Positions 47,412 through 55,651 are shown, numbered from the stretch's first letter. The stretch: 63,636 nt of DNA from Candidatus Omnitrophota bacterium (GCA_041667545.1 JBAYES010000005.1:1-63636), one strand, 5' to 3'. Notes: generated by a model not told the origin, from the letters alone. Numbers and translations are program-made.

Positions 47412-49172
47412 ATGTTTAGAATAAGACTCGTTTATGATGATACTTTACCTCAGGACAGGGATTGCATTGCTCAGGTTCAGAATATATTACGGGCGCAATT
47501 TTCACTTTTAAGCGAAAAAGAAATACAGGAAATACCCGAACAGTTGAAAAACCCGCTGAAGTACAGATTTCGCTCAATATTGTTCGTGGCGGATGATTAT
47601 AAGAACAGGGTAAAGGGTTTCGCGTTACTTTTTCATGTTCCTGACCTTAATTTTTGTTACCTCGACTTCATTTCCGCCGCGAAGTATCAGACCGGCAGGG
47701 GCATCGGCAGCGCCTTGTATGAACGAGTGCGCGAGGAGGCCGTACTTTTGAAAAGCATAGGGCTTTTTATGGAATGTCTGCCGGATGATCCGTTGTTATG
47801 CCGAGATATTGACACATTGAAGCAAAACAAGTCCCGCCTCCGTTTCTATGAGTATTACGGCGCAAGGCCGATAATAAACACAAAGTACGAAACGCCTCTT
47901 AAGGAGGGCGAAGATAATCCTCCATTTCTTGTGTTTGACGACCTGGGTCAAACTCAGCCATTGAAACGAGACACCGCGAAAAAGATAGTCCGCGCGATAC
48001 TTGAGCGTAAATATGCCGGAGTTTGCCCCGTACAGTACATAGACCTGGTCATCGATTCATTTGCCGAGGATCCCGTTCGGAGAAGGGCGCCAAAATACAT
48101 CTTAACGGAAACCGCTGTTCCTGTTGAGGCGGAAATACCAATGGATAAAAAGGTCTATCTTGTGGTGAACGATAAACATTCGATACATAACGTGAAGGAG
48201 AAGGGTTATATTGAAGCTCCCGTAAGGATAAAGTCCATATTAAAGTACCTTGAAAAAAATTCAAATTTCTCAAGGAACGATCCGAAAATCTTTCCGGACA
48301 AATGCCTTGAAACTGTTCATGACCCGGAATACGTTAATTACTTTAAAAAGATATGCGAAGTTCTTTCGCCTGAAGAGCTCGTATACCCGTATGTTTTTCC
48401 GATACGAAACACGTCGATCCCGCCTAAAGAACTTCCTGTACGTGCCGGCTACTACTGTATCGATACTTTTACGCCTTTAAGCAGGCACGCTTTCGAGGCC
48501 GCTAAACATGCCGTTAACTGCGCATTGACCGCCGCTCAAAAACTTAGAGAAGGGGCTAACCGCATAGCATATGCCTTAGTACGTCCCCCGGGGCATCACG
48601 CAGAAAAAAAATCTTTCGGCGGTTTCTGTTATTTTAATTCCGGGGCGATAGCCGCCCAATATTTATCCGCGTTCGGCAAAGTGGCGATTCTTGATATTGA
48701 CTACCACCACGGTAACGGCCAACAGCAAATATTCTATGACAGGGATGATGTCCTCACTATCTCAATACACGGCCATCCAAGTTTTACCTACCCGTATTTT
48801 TCGGGATTTGGAAATGAAAAAGGCGCGGGGAACGGATACGGATATAACCATAATTTTCCGCTGCAGGAAACAATAACTTCCGAGCAATACCAACATGCCC
48901 TCGGGCGCGCCTTGAAGATCATAAAGGAGCATGATCCCACGTTTCTGGTAATAGCTCTGGGCCTTGATACTGCAAAGGGAGATCCAACCGGGACATGGGA
49001 TCTTTCAAGCAAGGATTTCGAACAAAACGGAAAAATGATAGGGGCTATACGGGCTCCAAAACTTGTGGTGCAGGAAGGCGGTTACAATAATAGATTTCTC
49101 GGAATTAACGCTAAAAAATTCTTTGATGGGTTGTGGAAAAGTACTTATGAGCATAGAACAGCGAACAGATAA
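47412..49172 (+). CDS. Fusion protein: N-terminal GNAT acetyltransferase domain and C-terminal histone-deacetylase/AcuC/acetylpolyamine-amidohydrolase domain
   Basis: GNAT motif A QTGRGIGSALYERV (aa ~95-110). Deacetylase motifs RPPGHHA, DIDYHHGNG and GLDTAKGDP in the C-terminal ~320 aa. Confidence 0.8.
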   Translation: MFRIRLVYDDTLPQDRDCIAQVQNILRAQFSLLSEKEIQEIPEQLKNPLKYRFRSILFVADDYKNRVKGFALLFHVPDLNFCYLDFISAAKYQTGRGIGSALYERVREEAVLLKSIGLFMECLPDDPLLCRDIDTLKQNKSRLRFYEYYGARPIINTKYETPLKEGEDNPPFLVFDDLGQTQPLKRDTAKKIVRAILERKYAGVCPVQYIDLVIDSFAEDPVRRRAPKYILTETAVPVEAEIPMDKKVYLVVNDKHSIHNVKEKGYIEAPVRIKSILKYLEKNSNFSRNDPKIFPDKCLETVHDPEYVNYFKKICEVLSPEELVYPYVFPIRNTSIPPKELPVRAGYYCIDTFTPLSRHAFEAAKHAVNCALTAAQKLREGANRIAYALVRPPGHHAEKKSFGGFCYFNSGAIAAQYLSAFGKVAILDIDYHHGNGQQQIFYDRDDVLTISIHGHPSFTYPYFSGFGNEKGAGNGYGYNHNFPLQETITSEQYQHALGRALKIIKEHDPTFLVIALGLDTAKGDPTGTWDLSSKDFEQNGKMIGAIRAPKLVVQEGGYNNRFLGINAKKFFDGLWKSTYEHRTANR

Positions 49173-49188
49173 CCGTTTTTGATAGAGT

Positions 49189-49446
49189 CGGCGTCCCTCG
49201 GTAAGTGAGGTTAGAACCTCTCTGCGGGGATCATTGGTGGAACAAGTTGACTTTAGTGCTGTCCTGGGAAAATTTTAAATCCGTCATTGCGAGGGAGCGC
49301 CGCGACCGAAGCAATCTCTTTAAATGTTTGATTGTATTGCGGATTGCTTCGTATCTCACTTCGTTCGTCCCTCGCCTTCAGTCAGCTATGTTAAACAAAA
49401 GACCCTGCCTTTCGGGCAGGGCTTTTTGTTTAAATGGCGTGCCTGG
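49189..49446. repeat. Composite repeat unit 1: tRNA-end-like core, TIR-less MITE module, terminator hairpin, then a 12-nt copy of the tRNA-Arg 3-prime end
   Basis: 49379-49446 is about 90 percent identical to 51583-51650 (terminator plus TGGCGTGCCTGG). 49189-49220 is another tRNA-end-like core. The centre holds MITE-type modules (CGTCATTGCGAGGGAGCGCCGCGACCGAAGCAATC). Confidence 0.7.
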
Positions 49447-49604
49447 GTAAGTACGGTTAGAACCTGTTTGATTTATTCGATATAGAGTGCTTAATGAGCA
49501 AATGATGTGATATTTTAAAGGAAAACCATAATTTAGGGTTGATTTTATGATTTTTTATTGTTATTTAGGGTTGACTTATTGAATTTATGGTGTATTGTTG
49601 AATT

Positions 49605-50924
49605 ATGAAAAGATTCATACAGAAAGAACTGAGTAAATGGAAAGATGATTCATCAAGGAAGATACTCCTAATAAGGGGGGCTCGCCAAGTTGGAAAAACG
49701 TACTCAATAAGACAGCTTGGTAGCACCTTTAAAAATTATATTGAAGTAAACTTTGAAGAAAACAAGGATATCAAACAGTTTTTTTCAGGATCTTTGAATC
49801 CTGATATTATCTGTAAAAAGATCTCGGCAGCTTTTTCCCTGCCTATTATCCCAGGAGAAACACTCCTTTTTTTCGATGAAATACAAGAATGCCCCGAGGC
49901 TTTAAGTGCGTTAAGATTTTTTTATGAAAAGTTACCGGATTTACATGTCATTGCCGCAGGTTCGCTTTTGGAGTTTGCTATAGAAAGTATTCCATCATAC
50001 GGTGTAGGAAGAATTCAATCACTCTTTATGTATCCAATGTCATTTGACGAATTTCTTATGGCAAATAACGAAGAAGGTCTGCTGGAGTTAAAGAATATTG
50101 CGGGCACAGGAAATCCGTTGGACAATCTTTTTCATCACAAGCTGGTTGACTACCTAAAAATGTTTTATTTAACCGGCGGCATGCCAGAATCAGTAAAAGA
50201 ATATTTACAAAGCGGTGATATCTTAAAGAGCCAGAAAGTTCTTGATGGTTTGATCGAAAGCATAAAGGATGATTTTGCGAAATATAAAAACCGCTCCCCA
50301 ATACAACGATTGGAGGAGGTATATGGCTCCATATCAATGCAATGCGGATCAAAATTCGTATATTCAAGGATTGATTCTTCATCTAGTCATGCACCATTAA
50401 AAGATGCTCTAGAATTGATAGTACAGGCGGGTTTAGCATACAAGGTATATCATACTTCATCAAGAGGTATCCCGTTGGGAGCACAGGTAAAAATTAAAAA
50501 GTTTAAAGTTATTCCCCATGATATTGGAATACACCAAAGGTTGCTTGGTTTGAACGCGGCTGATATTGTGAAAGCGGAAAATGTGACTGTAATAAACAAG
50601 GGGCATATAGCAGAAATTTTTGTCGGATTAGAACTCATAAAAAATACTTCTCCATATTCAAGAGCCACTCTTCATTATTGGCATAAGGAAAAAAGGGGAA
50701 GTAATGCAGAAGTTGACTATGTTATTCAAAGAGAAGGCGATATTGTGCCTATAGAGGTTAAATCCGGCACACAGGGAAAAATGCAAAGTATGCGCATTTT
50801 TATGGAAGAAAGAAAGTTGAAACACGGCATAAGAATATCTTTAGAGCCTTTTTCTTCATACGGAAATATTGAGGTGATCCCTCTGTACGCTATAAGCAAC
50901 ATTATCAAGGAGCGTGTGGCATGA
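49605..50924 (+). CDS. AAA-family ATPase with a DUF4143-type C-terminal domain
   Basis: GARQVGKT Walker A, LLFFDEIQ Walker B. 439-aa architecture typical of AAA_14/DUF4143 proteins. The gene is visibly more AT-rich than its surroundings. Confidence 0.75.
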   Translation: MKRFIQKELSKWKDDSSRKILLIRGARQVGKTYSIRQLGSTFKNYIEVNFEENKDIKQFFSGSLNPDIICKKISAAFSLPIIPGETLLFFDEIQECPEALSALRFFYEKLPDLHVIAAGSLLEFAIESIPSYGVGRIQSLFMYPMSFDEFLMANNEEGLLELKNIAGTGNPLDNLFHHKLVDYLKMFYLTGGMPESVKEYLQSGDILKSQKVLDGLIESIKDDFAKYKNRSPIQRLEEVYGSISMQCGSKFVYSRIDSSSSHAPLKDALELIVQAGLAYKVYHTSSRGIPLGAQVKIKKFKVIPHDIGIHQRLLGLNAADIVKAENVTVINKGHIAEIFVGLELIKNTSPYSRATLHYWHKEKRGSNAEVDYVIQREGDIVPIEVKSGTQGKMQSMRIFMEERKLKHGIRISLEPFSSYGNIEVIPLYAISNIIKERVA

Positions 50925-51163
50925 TATTCGAAATAAACAGAGCTAAAAACGGAGCAATATTAAAAGTAAACTCCGGCATTGAGGATAATGGATTAGAGGA
51001 AATTGTCTATCAAGAAAAATATGATGATGAAGTAGAATGCTTTGCTGATTTTTTAAGATACATAGAAGAACACTATGGCCCGCCAAGCAGCAGACATTCC
51101 GCAAAAAGAATCTACATAGACGTACGTCCGGGAGACAAATTTGAAGATTATACGGGAGAATGA
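50921..51163 (+). CDS. Hypothetical small acidic protein
   Basis: 80-aa ORF with an ATGA overlap onto the ATPase gene. No recognised motif. Confidence 0.4.
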   Translation: MIFEINRAKNGAILKVNSGIEDNGLEEIVYQEKYDDEVECFADFLRYIEEHYGPPSSRHSAKRIYIDVRPGDKFEDYTGE

Positions 51164-51461
51164 TCTTAGGAGACCTTCCCAAAGTAAAAAATACTCCCCT
51201 GTAAATCAAGAAGGACACTTAATCGAAAGTTATTATGAACAAACAAACGTTCGTTTGTTTACCGCATTTGATAACCGGTATTTAGCCACCTTACTTAATG
51301 GCAGGACAACTGTGAGGCAGGTAGCTGCCGAACAGTTGCCCGGACAGGCACTTTTAATTCTTGTTGATTTTTTTTGGGAAAACTTGTTTTCACAAGAAAA
51401 AGCGGCAAGAATCAAAAAACCATCCTCGAAGAGGATGGTTTGAGCCATTTTATTTTATAAA

Positions 51462-51650
51462 ATGGAGTGCCTGGCACTTCGGAAAATACGATCCTCCCTA
51501 TGGTCGGATCGCTTAACGTTTCCTCAGCATCAAATATTGCGGCCGCAATATTTGTCAGATTCGGAACTTCGTTCCTCTCCCGCAGTCAGCTATGTAAAAC
51601 AAAAAACCCTGCTTTTTGGGCAGGGCCTTTTGTTTAAATGGCGTGCCTGG
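51462..51650. repeat. Composite repeat unit 2 (counterpart of 49189-49446), running into the genuine tRNA-Arg 3-prime end
   Basis: TGGAGTGCCTGGCAC (51462-51476) mimics the tRNA end TGGCGTGCCTGGCAG. 51583-51650 is the direct repeat of 49379-49446. Confidence 0.65.
51595..51625 (-). terminator. Intrinsic terminator downstream of tRNA-Arg
   Basis: Stem CCCTGC / GCAGGG (51607-51612 / 51620-51625), followed on the minus strand by a T-rich run. Confidence 0.6.
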
Positions 51651-51715
51651 CAGGATTCGAACCTGCGACCAACTGCTTCGTAGGCAGCTACTCTATCCAG
51701 CTGAGCTACAGGCAC
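51639..51715 (-). tRNA. tRNA-Arg (anticodon ACG), CCA encoded
   Basis: Manual cloverleaf: GTGCCTG TA GCTC AGCTGGATA GAGT A GCTGC CTACGAA GCAGT TGGTC GCAGG TTCGAAT CCTGC CAGGCAC G CCA. 77 nt, all stems pair, close to E. coli tRNA-Arg(ACG). Confidence 0.95.
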
Positions 51716-51898
51716 GCAATTGTGCGAACGATCATAAATACGACGCTTACATAAATACTGCCGTTTAAAGATATGTCATTATAACATGGATAAATTTAAA
51801 ATCAATCCTGGGGCTTTTATCAGCCAAATCGTTTGATTTTTCGTTTCAAATGGTTTCTCTTCTCAAGGCCCTAACAGTATGCTATACTTTTTATTACT

Positions 51899-52201
51899 AT
51901 GATGGACATTACTCCTTACAAAGAGCAGATCAGGCAGATTTGCGAAGAATTACATTTGAAGAAGCTGGATATTTTCGGTTCCGCAAGAACCGATCAATTC
52001 GGACCTAAAAGTGATGTTGACGTAATAGTTGAGTTTACCCATAGCGATGATGTGAATTCTTTTGATGTTTATTTCGAGTTAAAAAGCAGGTTGAAAGAGC
52101 TATTTAACAGACCTGTGGACATTATAACCGAGAAATCTTTAAAAAATCCATATTTGATCAAAAAAGTATCTGAAACAAGGGAAAAAATCTATGCAAGTTG
52201 A
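51899..52201 (+). CDS. Nucleotidyltransferase (MNT/MntA-type antitoxin of HepT-MNT type VII TA systems)
   Basis: LDIFGSARTDQFGPKSDVDVIVEF is the GSxxRG...DxD minimal nucleotidyltransferase motif. Overlaps the downstream DUF86 gene by 11 nt. Confidence 0.8.
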   Translation: MMDITPYKEQIRQICEELHLKKLDIFGSARTDQFGPKSDVDVIVEFTHSDDVNSFDVYFELKSRLKELFNRPVDIITEKSLKNPYLIKKVSETREKIYAS

Positions 52202-52525
52202 AATCAAGAAATATTTGTATGATATTGAGCAAGCAATCGCCGAGATAAGCGAATATACAAAAAATGAAAATTTTGCGAGTTTCTCTTCAAATACAATGAT
52301 CCAATCCGCTGTTGAAAGAAAATTTGAGATTATCGGGGAAGCTTTGAGTAAAATAAAGAGATCGACGAAAGAATATTAGATTCGCTTACTGACGCAGGTA
52401 AAATTATCGGCTTCCGGAATATCATTATCCATGGATATGATATTATTGATGAAAAGATAATCTGGGATGCTATTCAAAACAACGTACCAAAATTAATGAC
52501 AGAAATCACAACTTTGCTAACTTAA
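52191..52525 (+). pseudogene. HepT/DUF86 RNase toxin gene interrupted by a frameshift
   Basis: Frame 0 stops at 52377-52379 (...GEALSKIKRSTKEY*). The conserved RNIIIHGYD (Rx4HxY) motif continues in another frame from about 52352 to the stop at 52523-52525. The switch lies in the A-rich tract GTAAAATAAAGAG. Confidence 0.75.
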
Positions 52526-52657
52526 GCGGGCGAAGGTTTAATTTGAACCTGTGATCGCCCGGGAATGTAGTGGTCGGGAAAAGCGTACGGGCTCTTTAAA
52601 GGAGTGAGATTTCCGCGTCCACTCTGTTCGCTCGAAATGACCGGAGGGGAGCGCGGG

Positions 52658-53107
52658 ATGAACATACATGAAGAATACATGGCGCAGGCGCTACGGGAAG
52701 CTCAAAAGGCATATGAAAGCGATGAAGTTCCCGTAGGGGCGGTTATCGTGCGTGACGGGGAAATAATAGCCAGGGCGCATAATCAGATAAAACTTCTCAA
52801 GGACCCCACAGCGCATGCCGAGATGATCGCCATAACCCAGGCCGCGGCATATCTTGAAAATGAGAGATTGACAGGATGTGAGCTTTATGTCACGTTGGAA
52901 CCGTGTTCAATGTGCGTCGGAGCGGCTGTTCTGGCGCGGTTAAACAAAATAGTTTTCGGAACGACCGACCCCAAGACGGGAGCGTGCGGAAGCGTGGTGA
53001 GCCTCACTAAACCCGGATTATTTAACCATGACATAGAAGTCGCGGGCGGTGTTATGGAAGACGTCTGTTGTGATCTTATGCGCCGGTTTTTCGCGTCCAA
53101 AAGATAG
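52658..53107 (+). CDS. tadA: tRNA adenosine(34) deaminase
   Basis: EVPVGAVIV, HAEMIAI, LEPCSMCVGA; about 150 aa. The upstream in-frame GTG extension (52604) was rejected. Confidence 0.9.
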   Translation: MNIHEEYMAQALREAQKAYESDEVPVGAVIVRDGEIIARAHNQIKLLKDPTAHAEMIAITQAAAYLENERLTGCELYVTLEPCSMCVGAAVLARLNKIVFGTTDPKTGACGSVVSLTKPGLFNHDIEVAGGVMEDVCCDLMRRFFASKR

Positions 53108-53129
53108 AGAGGGGTTCCTTCGGCCCTGT

Positions 53130-53229
53130 GGGCCTCAGGATGACGGGGTGGAGTGGGCCTCAGGATAACCGGGTGGAGCGGGCCTCAGGATAACCGGGTG
53201 GAGCGGGCCTCAGGATGACTGGGGGGTCC
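53130..53229. repeat. Tandem repeat, 4 x 25 bp (GGGCCTCAGGATAACCGGGTGGAGC consensus)
   Basis: Units start at 53130, 53155, 53180 and 53205. The two middle units are identical and the outer two are slightly diverged. Lies between the convergent tadA and peptidase genes. Confidence 0.85.
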
Positions 53230-53232
53230 AGG

Positions 53233-54099
53233 CTATCTGTGCCATCTTCTTATAACAAAGCTTTTTCCCCGGCCGTCCCATTCATTCGCGGGCTTTCTAT
53301 CCGGCATTATAGATCTTAATCGGGGGATCATTTCGGATATTATCACGCCTTCCGGATGAGTGCTTTCTATTACTTCATCCGGACTGAGAACTATAACAAC
53401 ATGTCCGATCCAGACTATAAGGTCCAGCGGTTCCACCATTCGGGATATTTCTTCGGCGGTCATGCCGGATATCGCGAGGCCTTCCCCATAGGTAAGCATG
53501 GATGATGTGTTCCTGGGTGTGTATCCCCCTGAAGCCTGGTATATCAGGCCGGAACAATCCACTCCTTCAAGGCGCCACAGAGAAAGCATTGCCGATGGAA
53601 CTTGTCCGCGCGGCGGATAGAAGTCCGGGAGCTCTTTTATTCCCGAATGATAATTCCCGCCCCACATGTAGGGCCGGCCTTCCATGGCTTTCATGGCGGA
53701 GAGGATCTCTCGGGCGGGGGGGAGGGTCTTTTCCCTTTCGGGGACTTTCTTCCCGGAAAAGGCGACGAAACGGCTGTCAATGAAAAGAGGCGTATTATAA
53801 GGATAGTCTTGTGTTCTTACCTCAAGGATACTTTGACCTGATACGGGTATTTCAGAAATTACCTCAAAAGACGTTCCCGGAAAGGCAATGAACTCAAGTT
53901 CTCTGATAAGGCCCTTGCGGTCGACCTTTACTGTTTTTCCGGAATTGCCCCCGAATACCTTTTGAAAATCCGGAGAGTTAAGAACAGGGCATGGAATTAC
54001 CGCATGGCAGTAACGTTTTTCACTATCGGATACCGCGTCTTGGCAGAAAACGAGAGAGGTCAAAAGAGAACAGATAAGAAAAATTCTTGGAATATTCAT
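53233..54099 (-). CDS. NlpC/P60 (C40) family cell-wall peptidase with a signal peptide
   Basis: YMWGG...GVDCSGLIY (catalytic Cys context) and ...GHVVIV (His). Start set at MNIPRIFLICSLL (signal peptide); the ORF opens 7 codons earlier, at 54120. Confidence 0.75.
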   Translation of the reverse strand: MNIPRIFLICSLLTSLVFCQDAVSDSEKRYCHAVIPCPVLNSPDFQKVFGGNSGKTVKVDRKGLIRELEFIAFPGTSFEVISEIPVSGQSILEVRTQDYPYNTPLFIDSRFVAFSGKKVPEREKTLPPAREILSAMKAMEGRPYMWGGNYHSGIKELPDFYPPRGQVPSAMLSLWRLEGVDCSGLIYQASGGYTPRNTSSMLTYGEGLAISGMTAEEISRMVEPLDLIVWIGHVVIVLSPDEVIESTHPEGVIISEMIPRLRSIMPDRKPANEWDGRGKSFVIRRWHR

Positions 54100-54450
54100 A
54101 GACAAAAGCAATTCTACCATTATAAGGCGTTCGCGGCAAAGTTAATTGGAAATAGAAAAGTGGAGTTTTTTGGATCTGAATGGTATAATTTTGTCGAGAG
54201 GACATGTCGAATAAAAAAGGCAGCATCAAACATGGACAAATCTCAGGAATCTATCGGGTTTATCAGGAGAAATGCGGAATATCAGGAAGAGTATTAGAGA
54301 TGTCGGCGATGCATTTTCGATATCAGCAAGAGTGGGATTTTTTATGGTGGAGGATTCAAGTCTGGTTCTACGGAAAGACCATTGCCACAGAGGGATGTGC
54401 ATGTGATAGACGGGAGAAAAACAAAACTCTAAGAGCAATAGGAGGGCAAA

Positions 54451-55269
54451 ATGGAAGAGACAGTTAGCAAGGTTATGGGGTATATCGTGACTTACGGGAT
54501 TGGATTGTTGGCGGCTGTATTGATCTTTTTGATAGGTAGATGGATAGCCCGCATTTTGTCTGATGTTGTTGAGAAATTGATGACAAAAGCTAACGTGGAA
54601 AAAACATTAGCATCGTTTGCCAGGAATATAACGTATGTGGGGCTAATGGTTTTTGTGATAATAGCGGCACTGGGCAAGTTGGGGGTTCAGACCACTTCAT
54701 TTATAGCTATAATCGGGGCTGCCGGCCTGGCGGTAGGCCTGGCGCTTCAGGGGTCACTGGCTAATTTTGCGGCGGGAGTTCTGATTATGCTGTTCAGGCC
54801 TTTTAAGGTAGGAGATTTCATACAAGCCGGCGGGACGATGGGAACGGTAGCTGAAATACAGATATTTACAACCATTCTAAATGCTCCTGATAATCGTAAA
54901 GAGATAGTTCCCAACGCCCAAATAACAGGCGGGAATATAACCAACTTCAGCGCTATAGAAAAGAGAAGGATAGATCTTGTTTTCGGTGTTTCATATACAG
55001 ATAGTATTAAAGCGGCCAAGCAAGCGTTGGAAAAAGTTGTCGCGGAAGATCCTAGAGTATTGAAAGATCCCGCGCCGGTTATAGCTGTTTCTGAGTTGGG
55101 GGACAGCAGCGTAAACCTGGTTTGCCGGCCCTGGGTCAACCCCGCAGATTATTGGGCAGTATACTTTGATACATTGGAAAAAGGGAAGATGGAACTGGAA
55201 AAGAGTGGTATTACGATCCCCTTCCCACAGACTGATGTCCATATTTATAACGAACAAAAGAAAAACTAA
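54451..55269 (+). CDS. mscS: Small-conductance mechanosensitive channel (MscS family)
   Basis: 272 aa. Three N-terminal TM helices, the pore helix GAAGLAVGLALQGSLANFAAG, and the FKVGD beta domain. Confidence 0.85.
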   Translation: MEETVSKVMGYIVTYGIGLLAAVLIFLIGRWIARILSDVVEKLMTKANVEKTLASFARNITYVGLMVFVIIAALGKLGVQTTSFIAIIGAAGLAVGLALQGSLANFAAGVLIMLFRPFKVGDFIQAGGTMGTVAEIQIFTTILNAPDNRKEIVPNAQITGGNITNFSAIEKRRIDLVFGVSYTDSIKAAKQALEKVVAEDPRVLKDPAPVIAVSELGDSSVNLVCRPWVNPADYWAVYFDTLEKGKMELEKSGITIPFPQTDVHIYNEQKKN

Positions 55270-55287
55270 AATTTAAGGAGGCTTGGC

Positions 55288-55452
55288 ATGAAAGTGTTGA
55301 AGATCGTTCTATCTATTCTGTTGCCACCTGCAGCGGCGTTCCTTCAGGTTAAGTTAACCCTTCACTTTTGGATAAATATCGTGCTGACAGTTTTGGGAAT
55401 TATCCCCGGTATAATCCATGCCCTGTGGCTGGTTCTAACCGACCAGAAGTAA
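55288..55452 (+). CDS. Pmp3/YqaE (UPF0057) family small membrane proteolipid (below the cutoff of the ORF track)
   Basis: 54-codon ORF behind AAGGAGG: MKVLKIVLSILLPPAAAFLQVKLTLHFWINIVLTVLGIIPGIIHALWLVLTDQK. ILLPP...FWIN..LT.LG.IPG.IHA is the family signature. Confidence 0.8.
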   Translation: MKVLKIVLSILLPPAAAFLQVKLTLHFWINIVLTVLGIIPGIIHALWLVLTDQK

Positions 55453-55651
55453 CGAATTTTTGGTTTAATATGAAAGTTTAATGCGGTAGATGTTTGTGTA
55501 AAGCGTTCTCAGGTTTTGGCGGACGTTTTATCTAAATATTTACCGATATGAAAGATATGGAACAAATGCTGGCGTTGAGGATATATTTAGCCGTGTTTAG
55601 TATGGAAGTCTAATGCAGATAAATAGTTGGATAAAACGTTTTCAGGTTCAA

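Noticed and set aside
51141-51443. 100-aa ORF downstream of the small acidic ORF
   Set aside because: No RBS, and it overlaps the palindrome-rich non-coding tail of the islet. The composition looks non-coding. Left uncalled, though it cannot be fully excluded.
52604-52657. GTG-initiated N-terminal extension of tadA
   Set aside because: TadA homology begins at MNIHEEYM (ATG 52658). The extension translates a repeat-like GC-rich segment (SLEMTGGERG).
53130-53229. Possible CRISPR array
   Set aside because: The 25-bp units are directly abutting with no spacers, there are only four of them, and no cas genes occur in the window. This is a plain tandem repeat.
54204-54467. 87-aa ORF in the mscS leader
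   Set aside because: It overlaps the well-supported mscS start, has no RBS and no recognisable family. Treated as leader sequence.
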